Origin: an uncultured Acetobacteraceae bacterium
GTDB taxonomy: Bacteria > Pseudomonadota > Alphaproteobacteria > Acetobacterales > Acetobacteraceae
Direction: 5' to 3'
Length of the DNA: 64,000 nucleotides
Assembly: GCA_964242215.1 (NCBI GenBank)
Contig: CAXTCJ010000016.1
Span: 1,922-65,921, forward strand
Shown: positions 1-9,781 of the stretch, in pieces
How positions within the stretch are numbered: position 1 is the stretch's first letter
Layout: each line of letters opens with the position of its first letter
Made by a program: the position numbers and the translations under genes
Notes under the pieces: model-generated
Told to the model about the DNA's origin: nothing
The model's input: only the letters and a program-made list of their open reading frames with translations
Database searches by the model: none

Positions 1-1
1 G

Positions 2-346
2 CCCACCATCCTGCAGTTCAAATTCTACGAGGTCGCCAAGAACCTCGCTCTCACCGAGCACATCTTCGACCCGGTCACCCCCATCATCTCCAACATCTCC
101 CTCGGCCGCCTCACCTCTCCCCAGCAGCAGGCCGTGCGGGAGGCCGCCGCAACCGCCATCCACGACCAGCGTGGCAGGGCCACCAGTGCCGCGGCCGCCG
201 CGCTCGCAACGCTCAAGCAGAACGGCGTGCAGGTTCATACAGTCGACCGCGCGGCGCTCGCCAACGAGGTCAAGCCGCTATGGACCAGCTTCACGGACCA
301 GTACCCGGATACCAAGCCAGTCGTCGAGGCGATCCTGAAAAGCTAG
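2..346 (+). CDS. dctP: TRAP transporter substrate-binding protein, C-terminal part (5' end outside window)
   Basis: Open frame from position 2 reads PTILQFKFYEVAKNLALTEH...; KFYEV..L.LT.H is typical of DctP, and it lies directly upstream of a DctQM permease. Confidence 0.85.
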   Translation, partial: PTILQFKFYEVAKNLALTEHIFDPVTPIISNISLGRLTSPQQQAVREAAATAIHDQRGRATSAAAAALATLKQNGVQVHTVDRAALANEVKPLWTSFTDQYPDTKPVVEAILKS

Positions 347-2184
347 CTCCGCTGGCCGCAGCCGAACGCCTGCTTGCGATCCTCGTCAGCGCGGCGTGTG
401 CGCTGATCCTGCTAGCCGGCGTGCTCGTCGTCTTTGCCGGCGTGATCTGGCGCTACCTGCTGAACGACCCGCTCGAGTGGAGCGACGAGGTGGCACTCGC
501 CGTCCTGATCGCCACCACTTTCCTCGGTGCTGCGCTCACGCTGCAGCGCGGCGAACATCTCGGCATTCTCGTCTTGCGTGCCAGGCTCGGCCCACTTTGG
601 GGCGCACGAGCGGACGGGTTCGCCGCCTGGATCGTCTTCGCCGTCTCCGCCTGCCTCACCTGGGCCGCGATCCCCCTGCTGGACAGCGTGGCCGGGCAGA
701 CCACGGTCAGCGGTCTACTACCCGCGAGCATCGATTACTGGCCGATGCTCGTCGGTGCCGGCGCCATGACGGTGTTCGCCCTGTTCCGCCTTGCCCGCCT
801 GCCGGCCGGCGCGGTGCTGCTCTCGGGCGCCGCCGTCGGCGGGGCAACAGCGCTCGCCGCACTGTGGGGTGACCTCGCGCCGGTCTCACCCGGCCCCGGC
901 ATCTGGGCGATGCTGGCGGTGGACGCCGCCTGCCTGGCCGCCGCCGTCCCCGTTGCCTTTGCCCTCGCTGCCGGCAGCCTGATCTACATCGCCATCACCG
1001 GCATACTGCCCCTCGTGCAGTTCTCCCAGCAGATGCAGGCGGGCGTCGGCAATTTCGTGCTGCTCTCCATTCCGTTCTTCGTGCTCGCCGGGCTGGTTAT
1101 GAGCGTGAACGGCATGTCCACCCGCCTAATCGCCTTCTTGGACCTGGTGTGCGGCCGGGTCCGCGGCGGGCTCAGCGTGGTGATGGTCGTGGCCATGGCA
1201 GTGTTCTCCGGCATCTCCGGTTCCAAGAGTGCCGACGTCGCGGCGATCGGCTCCATCATGCTGCCCGCCATGCGCCGCACGGGCTACGACGAGCAGGACG
1301 GCGTGGCGCTGCTCGCCGCCTCCGCGGTGATGGGCGAGACGATCCCGCCCTGCATCAACATGATCATTCTCGGCTACGTCGCGAACGTTTCGATCGGCGG
1401 GCTGTTCATCGCCGGGCTGCTGCCGGCCGCGGTGATGGCGGCGGTGCTGATCCTGGTGGCCGTGCTCACCACCCGCCGCGTGCCAGGCCCGGCCGCCCCG
1501 CGCCGGACCGCCGCGGCCGTGCTGCGTATCTCCGCCGGCGCGTTCACCGCCTTTCTGCTCGTCTTCATCATCGTGGGGGGTATCGTCGGCGGCATTGCCA
1601 CGCCGACGGAGGTTTCGTCCGTGGCCGTGCTGTACGCGCTCGTGGTGGGCGGCCTGGCGTTCCGCGAGATGAACTTCCGCTCGTTCGCTGACTTCCTGAC
1701 CCGCTCCGCATCGCTCTCGGGCATGATCCTGTTCATCATCGCTTCGGCGGAGATGTTGAGCTACCTGCTGACGGTGAACCTCATCCCGCAGGAGATGGCG
1801 GCGGCGCTGGCCGGGGTGGGCGCCAGCGCCGGGCCATGGCTGTTCATGTTGATCGCTATCGTCATGCTGGTCGTGATGGGCTCGGTGCTGGAGGGCGCGC
1901 CGGCGCTGATCCTGTTCGGCCCCCTGCTGTTCCCCGCCGCGCAGAAGCTCGGCATCCACCCGCTGCATTTTGGCATCGTGCTCATCATCGCCATGGGGAT
2001 CGGCCTGTTTGCGCCGCCGCTGGGGGTCGGCCTCTATAGCGCCTGCGCCGTCGGCCGGGTCTCGATGGAGAGCGTGGCCCGGCCGATCCTCAAATACCTG
2101 GCGGTGCTCGCGGTGGCGCTGCTGCTGATCGCCTTCGTCCCCGCAATCACCCTCGCCTTGCCGCGCTGGCTCGGCGTTTCGTAA
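280..2184 (+). CDS. dctM: TRAP transporter fused small+large permease (DctQ-DctM)
   Basis: N-terminal DctQ motif (RY.LNDPLEWSDEV...GEHL), then DctM motifs (IPFFVLAG, SGISGSKSADVAAIG, IPPCI, GIATPTEV, PPLGVGL). True start uncertain: ATG 280 overlaps dctP, CTG 352 is an alternative. Confidence 0.9.
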   Translation: MDQLHGPVPGYQASRRGDPEKLAPLAAAERLLAILVSAACALILLAGVLVVFAGVIWRYLLNDPLEWSDEVALAVLIATTFLGAALTLQRGEHLGILVLRARLGPLWGARADGFAAWIVFAVSACLTWAAIPLLDSVAGQTTVSGLLPASIDYWPMLVGAGAMTVFALFRLARLPAGAVLLSGAAVGGATALAALWGDLAPVSPGPGIWAMLAVDAACLAAAVPVAFALAAGSLIYIAITGILPLVQFSQQMQAGVGNFVLLSIPFFVLAGLVMSVNGMSTRLIAFLDLVCGRVRGGLSVVMVVAMAVFSGISGSKSADVAAIGSIMLPAMRRTGYDEQDGVALLAASAVMGETIPPCINMIILGYVANVSIGGLFIAGLLPAAVMAAVLILVAVLTTRRVPGPAAPRRTAAAVLRISAGAFTAFLLVFIIVGGIVGGIATPTEVSSVAVLYALVVGGLAFREMNFRSFADFLTRSASLSGMILFIIASAEMLSYLLTVNLIPQEMAAALAGVGASAGPWLFMLIAIVMLVVMGSVLEGAPALILFGPLLFPAAQKLGIHPLHFGIVLIIAMGIGLFAPPLGVGLYSACAVGRVSMESVARPILKYLAVLAVALLLIAFVPAITLALPRWLGVS

Positions 2185-2198
2185 ACGGAGAATTGGGC

Positions 2199-3182
2199 TT
2201 GACCACCCCCGTCATCTTCCTCGCCCACACGCCCGCGATGCGCCGTAACTACTACGGCGCGGAAGCGCTCGCCGGCCTGCGCGCTCTGGGCGAGGTGCGC
2301 CTGCATGATGGCGATGCCCCCCTCGGCCCGGCACAGCTCACTGCAATGGCGGCCGATGCCGCCGTGATCGTAGCGGACCGCATGACGGAGGGGCCAGCCG
2401 CGGTGTTCACCGCCCTTCCCCGCCTCTGCGCCTTCGTCCGTGTCGCCGTGGACATTCGCAACGTGGACGTGACTGCCGCCAGCGCCGCCGGCGTGCTCGT
2501 CACCCGCGCCGGGCCGGGCTTCGTGGCGTCCGTGGTCGAGCTCGTGCTCGGCCTGGCGATCGACCTCGCCCGCGGCGTTTCCGCCTACGCCGCCGCCTAT
2601 CACGCGGGCAAACCGCCCCCCGCCACCATGGGCCGCCAGCTTGCCGGCAGCACGCTCGGCATCATCGGCTTTGGCAGCATCGGCCGCCACCTCGCGCCTA
2701 TTGCCGCGGCACTCGGCATGACCGTCTTGGTGGCGGACCCGCACGTCACCGCGGACGTGCCGTTCGCGCAGGTTCCGCTGGAACAACTCCTCGCGCGATC
2801 GGACTTTGTCGTCTGCCTTGCCGTGGCGACCAAGGCCACCGAGAAGCTGATGGATCAGGCGGCCTTCGCCCGAATGCGGGCGGACGCGTTCTTCATCAAC
2901 GTCTCGCGCGGCGGCTTGGTCGACGAGGCAGCACTCGAGGCCGCGCTGCGCGAGGGTCGCATCGCCGGCGCCGCGCTCGACGTCGGCCGCGCGCCAGACC
3001 AGATGCCGAGCCCGGCGCTGGCGGCCCTGCCCAACGTGATCGCCACCCCGCATGTCGGCGGTCTCACGCGCCCGGCAATCGCTGCCCAAGCGCTCGAAAC
3101 GGTGCGGCAGGTCGAGGCGATCCTTCGCGGCGAGGCGCCGCCCGGCGCGGTGAACACGGATACCTGGACCCGGCGGCCCTGA
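2199..3182 (+). CDS. D-isomer-specific 2-hydroxyacid dehydrogenase (SerA/GhrB family)
   Basis: GIIGFGSIG Rossmann motif, FINVSRGGLVDE, GAALDV, TPHVGG. TTG start downstream of GGAG. Confidence 0.9.
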   Translation: MTTPVIFLAHTPAMRRNYYGAEALAGLRALGEVRLHDGDAPLGPAQLTAMAADAAVIVADRMTEGPAAVFTALPRLCAFVRVAVDIRNVDVTAASAAGVLVTRAGPGFVASVVELVLGLAIDLARGVSAYAAAYHAGKPPPATMGRQLAGSTLGIIGFGSIGRHLAPIAAALGMTVLVADPHVTADVPFAQVPLEQLLARSDFVVCLAVATKATEKLMDQAAFARMRADAFFINVSRGGLVDEAALEAALREGRIAGAALDVGRAPDQMPSPALAALPNVIATPHVGGLTRPAIAAQALETVRQVEAILRGEAPPGAVNTDTWTRRP

Positions 3183-3222
3183 CCAATCAAGGTTAGCCTC
3201 TGCGAGAAAGGAAGCACGGCCC

Positions 3223-3615
3223 ATGATCTTGAACCATGTCGCGAACCGTCTGCACACCAGACATTTCGATACCGTCGTCGACATGCTGATCGGCCAGCTC
3301 GGGTTCATCGAGCTCCGGCGCACCGAGCGCTCGATTTGGCTCCGGCAGCCCGGCACCAACGTCGACCTTCAATTCAGCCGAAGCGAAACCGCCCATCGCG
3401 ACACCGACAAACTCCGATCTCAGGTGTCGTTCCTGAGCACAACGCCTGAAGCCGCCCTGCAAGATCTTGCTGCGTGGGCAAACGCGCGAGGTCTTGCTGC
3501 TACGGTCGGCAGTTACTCCAATCGAGAGTTCTATCTGGACGCGCCAGACGCATTCGTGGATTTCGTCATCGAGGCGATGCTGCCCGAGCTTGCGGATTAC
3601 GGCATCGAGGCCTGA
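3223..3615 (+). CDS. Hypothetical protein, probable VOC/glyoxalase-like fold
   Basis: 130 aa with AAGGA RBS. LNHVA..., LGF and terminal VIE patterns resemble the VOC repeat. Confidence 0.6.
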   Translation: MILNHVANRLHTRHFDTVVDMLIGQLGFIELRRTERSIWLRQPGTNVDLQFSRSETAHRDTDKLRSQVSFLSTTPEAALQDLAAWANARGLAATVGSYSNREFYLDAPDAFVDFVIEAMLPELADYGIEA

Positions 3616-3700
3616 ACAACTTGCCTAGGCGCAACACAGCGTGTCGCCGCGTAACGGCGTTGCTCCACCACGCCCAAGCGCCATGCCCATGCAGGTTACG

Positions 3701-5086
3701 CTACGTGACCGCGCTCGTGGGGAGCGCGCGGGCTCCGGCAGAAAGAGTAGCGACCGGAGTTATTTGCTCTCGTCGTTGATAGGTGCAGCACATATTCCGG
3801 CCAAACTGCTTGGCCTGATACAGCGCAACGTCTGCAGCCTTCAGTAATCCATCAAGATCATCGATACCTTGACCCATGCTCACGCACCCTATGCTTACGG
3901 TGACATGGATCAACGCGTGGTCGAATGCCACCAGTTCGTCGTCGACGGCATGGCAAATCCGCTCGGCAACCTCGAGGGCTCCGGTGATGTCTGTTCCAGG
4001 GAGCAGGATGACGAACTCCTCGCCGCCGTATCTCGCAAGAATATCGATCGAGCGCAGGATCGGCTGCATCCGGGCAACAACCGCCTGCAGCACAAAGTCC
4101 CCGCCGGGGTGACCCATGGTGTCGTTGATGCGTTTGAAGTTGTCCGCATCGATCATGAGAACCGATACAGGACGGGCACAGCGCTGCGATGCTGCGATCT
4201 CCGCCGCAGCTGCTTCGAAGAAGCGAACGCGGTTTGCGGCGCCCGTGAGGTGGTCGGTGGTCAGCAGACGGCGGAGCTCATCGGTTGTCATCTTCCGTTC
4301 AGTCACGTCCCGCAGGATTACGGAGAAGCCCGAAATCGCGCCGACGTCACCCTGCTCAAGGGCTGTGATCAGGATCTGGCACCAGAAACTCTCGCCGTCG
4401 CGAGTCAGGCAGCGGTCCTCATGCAGATGCCATCCCTCACGGCGGGCGCAGTTGAGATAATCTACCGTCTGACCACGGATCTGTTCGCCGCCAGGACGGA
4501 ATATGTCGAGCGGCTGGCCCACTACATCGGATGCAGTTAACCCGGTTTGCCTTACTCCGGAGGGATTCCAGCTGTTGATCAGCCCTGTGTCGTCGAGTGA
4601 GAAACAGGCGAAATCATTGACGTTGCTGAAAATCGCGGCCATCCACGAATCGGCTTCGTGCAACTGACGCTCCTTCGCAGCCATTATCGATATGTCATCC
4701 AGCATCACCATGATGCAGTTGGCTGAGGTTTTTAGCATGGTGCAGGTCAGAATGCGCAGTTGGCCAGCATACGTGCCGACAAACAGGCGGCGGTTGTCGC
4801 AGATGCGGCCGCTCAGCTGCTGATAAGACGCGACCATGTTGCGCAAATCGGGCGCACATCGTTCCAGCACATCGAAGAGGTTTTGGATCACTCCGTCGGG
4901 ACGGATCGGCATCAGGAGTTGTGCCGCCATTGGATTCAGCATCTGGACCACACCCTGGCCGTCAATCTGCAAAATTCCGACAGGACACATGTAGAAGAAG
5001 GCAAGCAGCGGCTCTTCGTCAGATTCGATCGACTGTGAGGCTTGCTCGACCGCGTACTTCACGGCATCAGCGCTGAACGAGGACAT
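3701..5086 (-). CDS. PAS-PAS(PAC)-GGDEF diguanylate cyclase
   Basis: TDHLTGAANR, IDADNFKRINDTMGHPGGD, RSID (RxxD I-site) then ARYGGEEF, ADVALYQAK..GRN. Two PAS-like regions and no TM segment. Start is ATG 5086 or GTG 5062. Confidence 0.93.
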   Translation of the reverse strand: MSSFSADAVKYAVEQASQSIESDEEPLLAFFYMCPVGILQIDGQGVVQMLNPMAAQLLMPIRPDGVIQNLFDVLERCAPDLRNMVASYQQLSGRICDNRRLFVGTYAGQLRILTCTMLKTSANCIMVMLDDISIMAAKERQLHEADSWMAAIFSNVNDFACFSLDDTGLINSWNPSGVRQTGLTASDVVGQPLDIFRPGGEQIRGQTVDYLNCARREGWHLHEDRCLTRDGESFWCQILITALEQGDVGAISGFSVILRDVTERKMTTDELRRLLTTDHLTGAANRVRFFEAAAAEIAASQRCARPVSVLMIDADNFKRINDTMGHPGGDFVLQAVVARMQPILRSIDILARYGGEEFVILLPGTDITGALEVAERICHAVDDELVAFDHALIHVTVSIGCVSMGQGIDDLDGLLKAADVALYQAKQFGRNMCCTYQRREQITPVATLSAGARALPTSAVT

Positions 5087-5432
5087 ACGAGCGCGCAACG
5101 CCCGGTTTCTGGAGTAGCCGAAGCGTCACCGGCGTGGGACGCATACGCAGAGTAAGAACGTAAGGGAGGGTGGCGTCGAGCACTGCTTCATCTGCAAAGC
5201 GTTGCGCAACCATGAAGTTATTCATGCAGACCCCGACCTCGGAAAAGAAGTTTCGCCCGATGACCCGCGACGTCGACAAGCCAGCGAGCTTCGCTTCCGT
5301 GGCATTGTAGACGTCGACGTTACCCTCTGCGGTCAAGCCGATGATGCCGAATGGCAGCTGATCCAGCCAATCCAGCGGACCTGCCTCCAGCTGTTCAATC
5401 GTAATCTGGTCGACGCTTGGTATCGATGGCAT
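5067..5432 (-). CDS. pyp: Photoactive yellow protein (PYP)-like stand-alone PAS protein
   Basis: 121 aa. LDQLPFGII, YNATE and VIGRNFFSEVGVC match PYP LDGLAFGAI, YNAAE and VIGKNFFKDVAPC. Tyr42, Glu46 and Cys69 fall at exactly the canonical numbering. Confidence 0.85.
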   Translation of the reverse strand: MPSIPSVDQITIEQLEAGPLDWLDQLPFGIIGLTAEGNVDVYNATEAKLAGLSTSRVIGRNFFSEVGVCMNNFMVAQRFADEAVLDATLPYVLTLRMRPTPVTLRLLQKPGVARSYVLVQR

Positions 5433-5754
5433 CGGAGATCCTGGAAGGGTTCGCCAATGTCATACCCAATAGAGGTTAATCAAATACTCTGACGCACAGG
5501 TTCCGTCAGTCACCTGCGGGAGGCCCGAAACCGAGACCCTGGTCGTGGCTGCGGGCCACGTCAGATGGATACCGCCGGCACTAATGGCATGCCAGGTAGA
5601 CGTTCGGTCTCGGAAAAGGCTGGAGCTTGTCTCGGATAAATACACCGGAGTTTAACACTTTGTTGCTAGATTGTGCGCAATCACTAGGCGAGCCGCATGT
5701 CCACTCCTTTTGCCGAACGCCAGGCTGCCCTTGGTGCTGCAGCGAGTGGATAGT

Positions 5755-6846
5755 ATGTGCGCGGAGATCATGGAGGTGCTTTCTCGACTGGTCGGCTCAG
5801 GCGCCGTCGCGGGCGAGATCGGTCGCGGCCGCTATGGCGTGGTTGCGAAGACGGCGCCGGGTCTCGGTACCGTTGCGCTCGAGCTTGAGGCTTTGCTACG
5901 CACCAATCCCGTCACCGCACCCACCCCGGCACAAAGCGACGATCCGGCTCTGGCGCGGGATGGGCTGACTGGGGCACAGACAGCCAGCGCCCTGCGCTTG
6001 GCACTCGCCCGGTTCGCCGACGGTCGCACCCGGGCTACGGACGATGCCAGCTTCAGCCACGGCCTGGGCGAGTTCATCGCCAGCACCCAGATCAGCGCCC
6101 GCAATGTGCGCACGACACTGGCCGAGAACCACTTCCGCCTGGCATTCCAGCCGATCGTCAATCTCGACACGCAGGAGGTCCACCATTACGAGGCGCTGAT
6201 CCGGCCGACGATCACGCCGGGCAGCGCGATCCAGAGTACGCAGGATTTTGTTACCTTCGCCGAGGCGGTCGGCTTGTCCGAAGAGCTGGATTGGGCGGTG
6301 ATGCAACAGGCCGTCGCGGCGCTGCGCGGCTCCCCGAATACAAAGGTCGCCGTCAACGTCTCCGGCCTGTCGATGCAGAGCCCGGCGTTCTGCGACCGCA
6401 TCACCAGGCTGCTGGCCAAACAGCCGGTGCCGGGCCGTATCCTGGTGGAGCTGACTGAGACCGCCGACATACACAACGTGGCCAGCGCGTCGGCCACGAT
6501 CGACCGGTTGCGGGCGATGCAGGTCCAGATTTGTATCGACGATTTTGGTGCCGGCGCGGCCGCGTTCCGCTATCTGCGGGAATTCCGAAGCGATTACGTG
6601 AAGCTGGACGGCGCCTATGTCCGCGGCGCGCTGCACAATGCGCGCGAACACGGCTTCCTGCTGAATATGATCGAGCTGGCAAATTTCGTCGGCGCCAAAG
6701 TCATTGCCGAGATGATCGAGCAGGAAGACCAGGCGCAGATGATGCGGGACCTGGGCGTCGAGTATGGGCAGGGCTGGCTATTCGGCAGACCGGGCGCGCT
6801 GCCCGGAAGCCTTGAGCACGACAACGCCGGTCGAGGTGACGATTGA
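5755..6846 (+). CDS. EAL-domain c-di-GMP phosphodiesterase with a degenerate N-terminal region
   Basis: FQPIV, HYEALIR, VAVNVSG, VELTE, IDDFGAG, VKLDG, IAEMIE, GQGWLFGRP. Start uncertain (ORF opens at 5671; ATGs at 5755 and 5770). Confidence 0.88.
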   Translation: MCAEIMEVLSRLVGSGAVAGEIGRGRYGVVAKTAPGLGTVALELEALLRTNPVTAPTPAQSDDPALARDGLTGAQTASALRLALARFADGRTRATDDASFSHGLGEFIASTQISARNVRTTLAENHFRLAFQPIVNLDTQEVHHYEALIRPTITPGSAIQSTQDFVTFAEAVGLSEELDWAVMQQAVAALRGSPNTKVAVNVSGLSMQSPAFCDRITRLLAKQPVPGRILVELTETADIHNVASASATIDRLRAMQVQICIDDFGAGAAAFRYLREFRSDYVKLDGAYVRGALHNAREHGFLLNMIELANFVGAKVIAEMIEQEDQAQMMRDLGVEYGQGWLFGRPGALPGSLEHDNAGRGDD

Positions 6847-6921
6847 GACTCACAGGGGTGGCCTGGAGATTCGCGATTGCGACGCCCGCAACTCGCCCTG
6901 GGCCGGCACCTTATAGACGGC

Positions 6922-7830
6922 ATGCAACCTTTCCCGCGCCGTGCATTGCTGGCGTCCCTGGCTCTGCCGGCCCTGCAAGGCTGTGCCGCGCCACTGCCGC
7001 CGTTGCCATTCAACGCCACCAGCCCGGAAGCGCAGGCGCTGCTGCAAGCCAGCGCGGCGGCACACGGCGCGGACGCCTTTGCGATGCTCACAGATGTGAG
7101 CGTGAGCTACGACGGCCAATGGCGCGCGCTAGTGAACACCTTGCAGCCGGCCTTGGTCGATGCCGGCTTCCGCGGCCGCTCGGACGAGCGATTGTTGCCG
7201 CGAGGCCGCCTTGTCGCGCAGTCGTACACAGGGCCGAAGGGACGCAAGCAGGTCGTCCGCCGCACCGCCGCCCACGGCGATGGCGACGTGCGCCTCTGGC
7301 TCAATGGTCAGGAGACGCATGATGCCGAGCGTTGTGATGCGGCCGCCCTGGTGGCCGACGGCTACGACCTGTTCTTGTGCGGCCCGATGCTGCTGGCGGG
7401 AGCCTGGATGACCGACCGCTCGCTGGTAATGCAAGTGACGCCCCGGCAACGGATCACGGTGGGAGGCCAAGATCACGAGTGCGACGTGCTGAGGCTTAGC
7501 TCCGCGCCAGGACTGGGGTTGTCTCGCTCCGACCAGCTCGCCGTTTTCATCGATCGCGAGGAGCGGCTGATGCGCCGAGTGCGCTTCACCCTGGACGGGT
7601 TGGAGGCTACTCGCGGTGCCGTCGCAGAGGTCGATACTTGGGCGCACGTGATGCTGCAGGGTGTACGCTGGCCGACTCAGTTCCACGAACGCCTACTTCG
7701 CCCGGCGCCCCTGCCAGTGCACGATTGGCACATGACAGGGCTCGACGTGAACCGAGGCTTCGCACTGAGCGACATAAGCACGGCCGAGTTCACGGGTGGC
7801 GCGGCGGCCCCGGCCATGCCTTTGGCGTAG
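6922..7830 (+). CDS. Hypothetical exported lipoprotein (twin-Arg-like signal, lipobox LQGC)
   Basis: MQPFPRRALLASLALPALQGC N-terminus, beta-strand-rich body, no recognised catalytic motif. Confidence 0.65.
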   Translation: MQPFPRRALLASLALPALQGCAAPLPPLPFNATSPEAQALLQASAAAHGADAFAMLTDVSVSYDGQWRALVNTLQPALVDAGFRGRSDERLLPRGRLVAQSYTGPKGRKQVVRRTAAHGDGDVRLWLNGQETHDAERCDAAALVADGYDLFLCGPMLLAGAWMTDRSLVMQVTPRQRITVGGQDHECDVLRLSSAPGLGLSRSDQLAVFIDREERLMRRVRFTLDGLEATRGAVAEVDTWAHVMLQGVRWPTQFHERLLRPAPLPVHDWHMTGLDVNRGFALSDISTAEFTGGAAAPAMPLA

Positions 7831-7955
7831 TCGCAGCCCCGAGCATGTCTGGTGAGGTCGAAGCAGCCCTGACCGAACATTGGATTGTACAGCGCAACGC
7901 TGTCGCCGGCACCAGCGGCCCGGTCACGCGTTAGCCTCCAAAAGGAGTGCACATC

Positions 7956-8948
<993 letters not shown>

Positions 8949-8950
8949 CC

Positions 8951-9778
8951 ATGCCAGCACTCACCATGCCAGGCTCGACCACCCAGCCTCTCGCCGAGGG
9001 CAAGATCCTGCTCGACATCGCCGACGGGATCGGCACCATCACGTTCAATAACCCCGAGAAGCGCAACGCGATGTCGCTCGCGATGTGGGAGGCGCTGGGG
9101 GACGCCTTGGCTGTCCTGCGGTATAACCCGGCGGTTCACGTCGTGGTGCTGATGGGCGCGGGGGGCAAGGCGTTCGTCTCGGGCGCGGACATCAGCCAGT
9201 TCGAAAAAGAGCGCCACGACGCGGCATCGGCCGAAGTCTACGCAGGGCGCAGCAACGCGGGCCGGGAGGCGTTGGCGGCGTTCCCGAAGCCAACGATCGC
9301 TTGCATCACCGGGTTCTGCATCGGCGGCGGGCTGCAGCTTGCCATGTTGGCCGACATGCGGTTCGCAGCAGAGGGCAGCCAGTTTGGCATCCCGGCGGCC
9401 AAGCTCGGCCTCGCCTATGGTTATGACGGGCTGCGCAACCTGGTCTCCCTCGTAGGACCATCCTGGGCCAGGTTTCTGATGTTTACCGGAATGCGGATCG
9501 ATGCCGCCGAAGCCCTTCGCATCGGCCTGATCGAGCGGGTTTATCTGGCCAGCGAAGTCATGAACGCCACACTGACGGTGGCCCGTACGATTGCGGAGAA
9601 CGCCCCGCTTGCGGTGCAGGCCGCGCGACTGACGATTGGCGAACTGCTGAAAGACCCGGACCAGCGCGACATGGCGGGCATCAAGCAGATCAGCACCGCC
9701 TGCATGAACAGCGCCGATTTCCGCGAGGGCAGGCAGGCTTTCATGGAGAAGCGCGCCCCTCGTTTCACCGGCCGGTAG
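8951..9778 (+). CDS. Enoyl-CoA hydratase/isomerase family protein
   Basis: PEKRNAMS, AFVSGADISQF, GFCIGGG, DFREGRQAFMEKRAPRFTGR. Confidence 0.92.
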   Translation: MPALTMPGSTTQPLAEGKILLDIADGIGTITFNNPEKRNAMSLAMWEALGDALAVLRYNPAVHVVVLMGAGGKAFVSGADISQFEKERHDAASAEVYAGRSNAGREALAAFPKPTIACITGFCIGGGLQLAMLADMRFAAEGSQFGIPAAKLGLAYGYDGLRNLVSLVGPSWARFLMFTGMRIDAAEALRIGLIERVYLASEVMNATLTVARTIAENAPLAVQAARLTIGELLKDPDQRDMAGIKQISTACMNSADFREGRQAFMEKRAPRFTGR

Positions 9779-9781
9779 CGC

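Noticed and set aside
280-352. Frameshift or pseudogene at the dctP-dctQM junction
   Set aside because: Both frames are intact. Only the start codon is ambiguous (overlapping ATG versus CTG).
5460-5645. 61-aa ORF upstream of pyp
   Set aside because: No RBS, motif or codon-bias support; treated as intergenic.
5433-5670. c-di-GMP-I/II riboswitch or full CtrA box in the pyp/EAL intergenic region
   Set aside because: Consensus riboswitch motifs are not found. Only TTAA half-sites occur, not TTAA-N7-TTAA.
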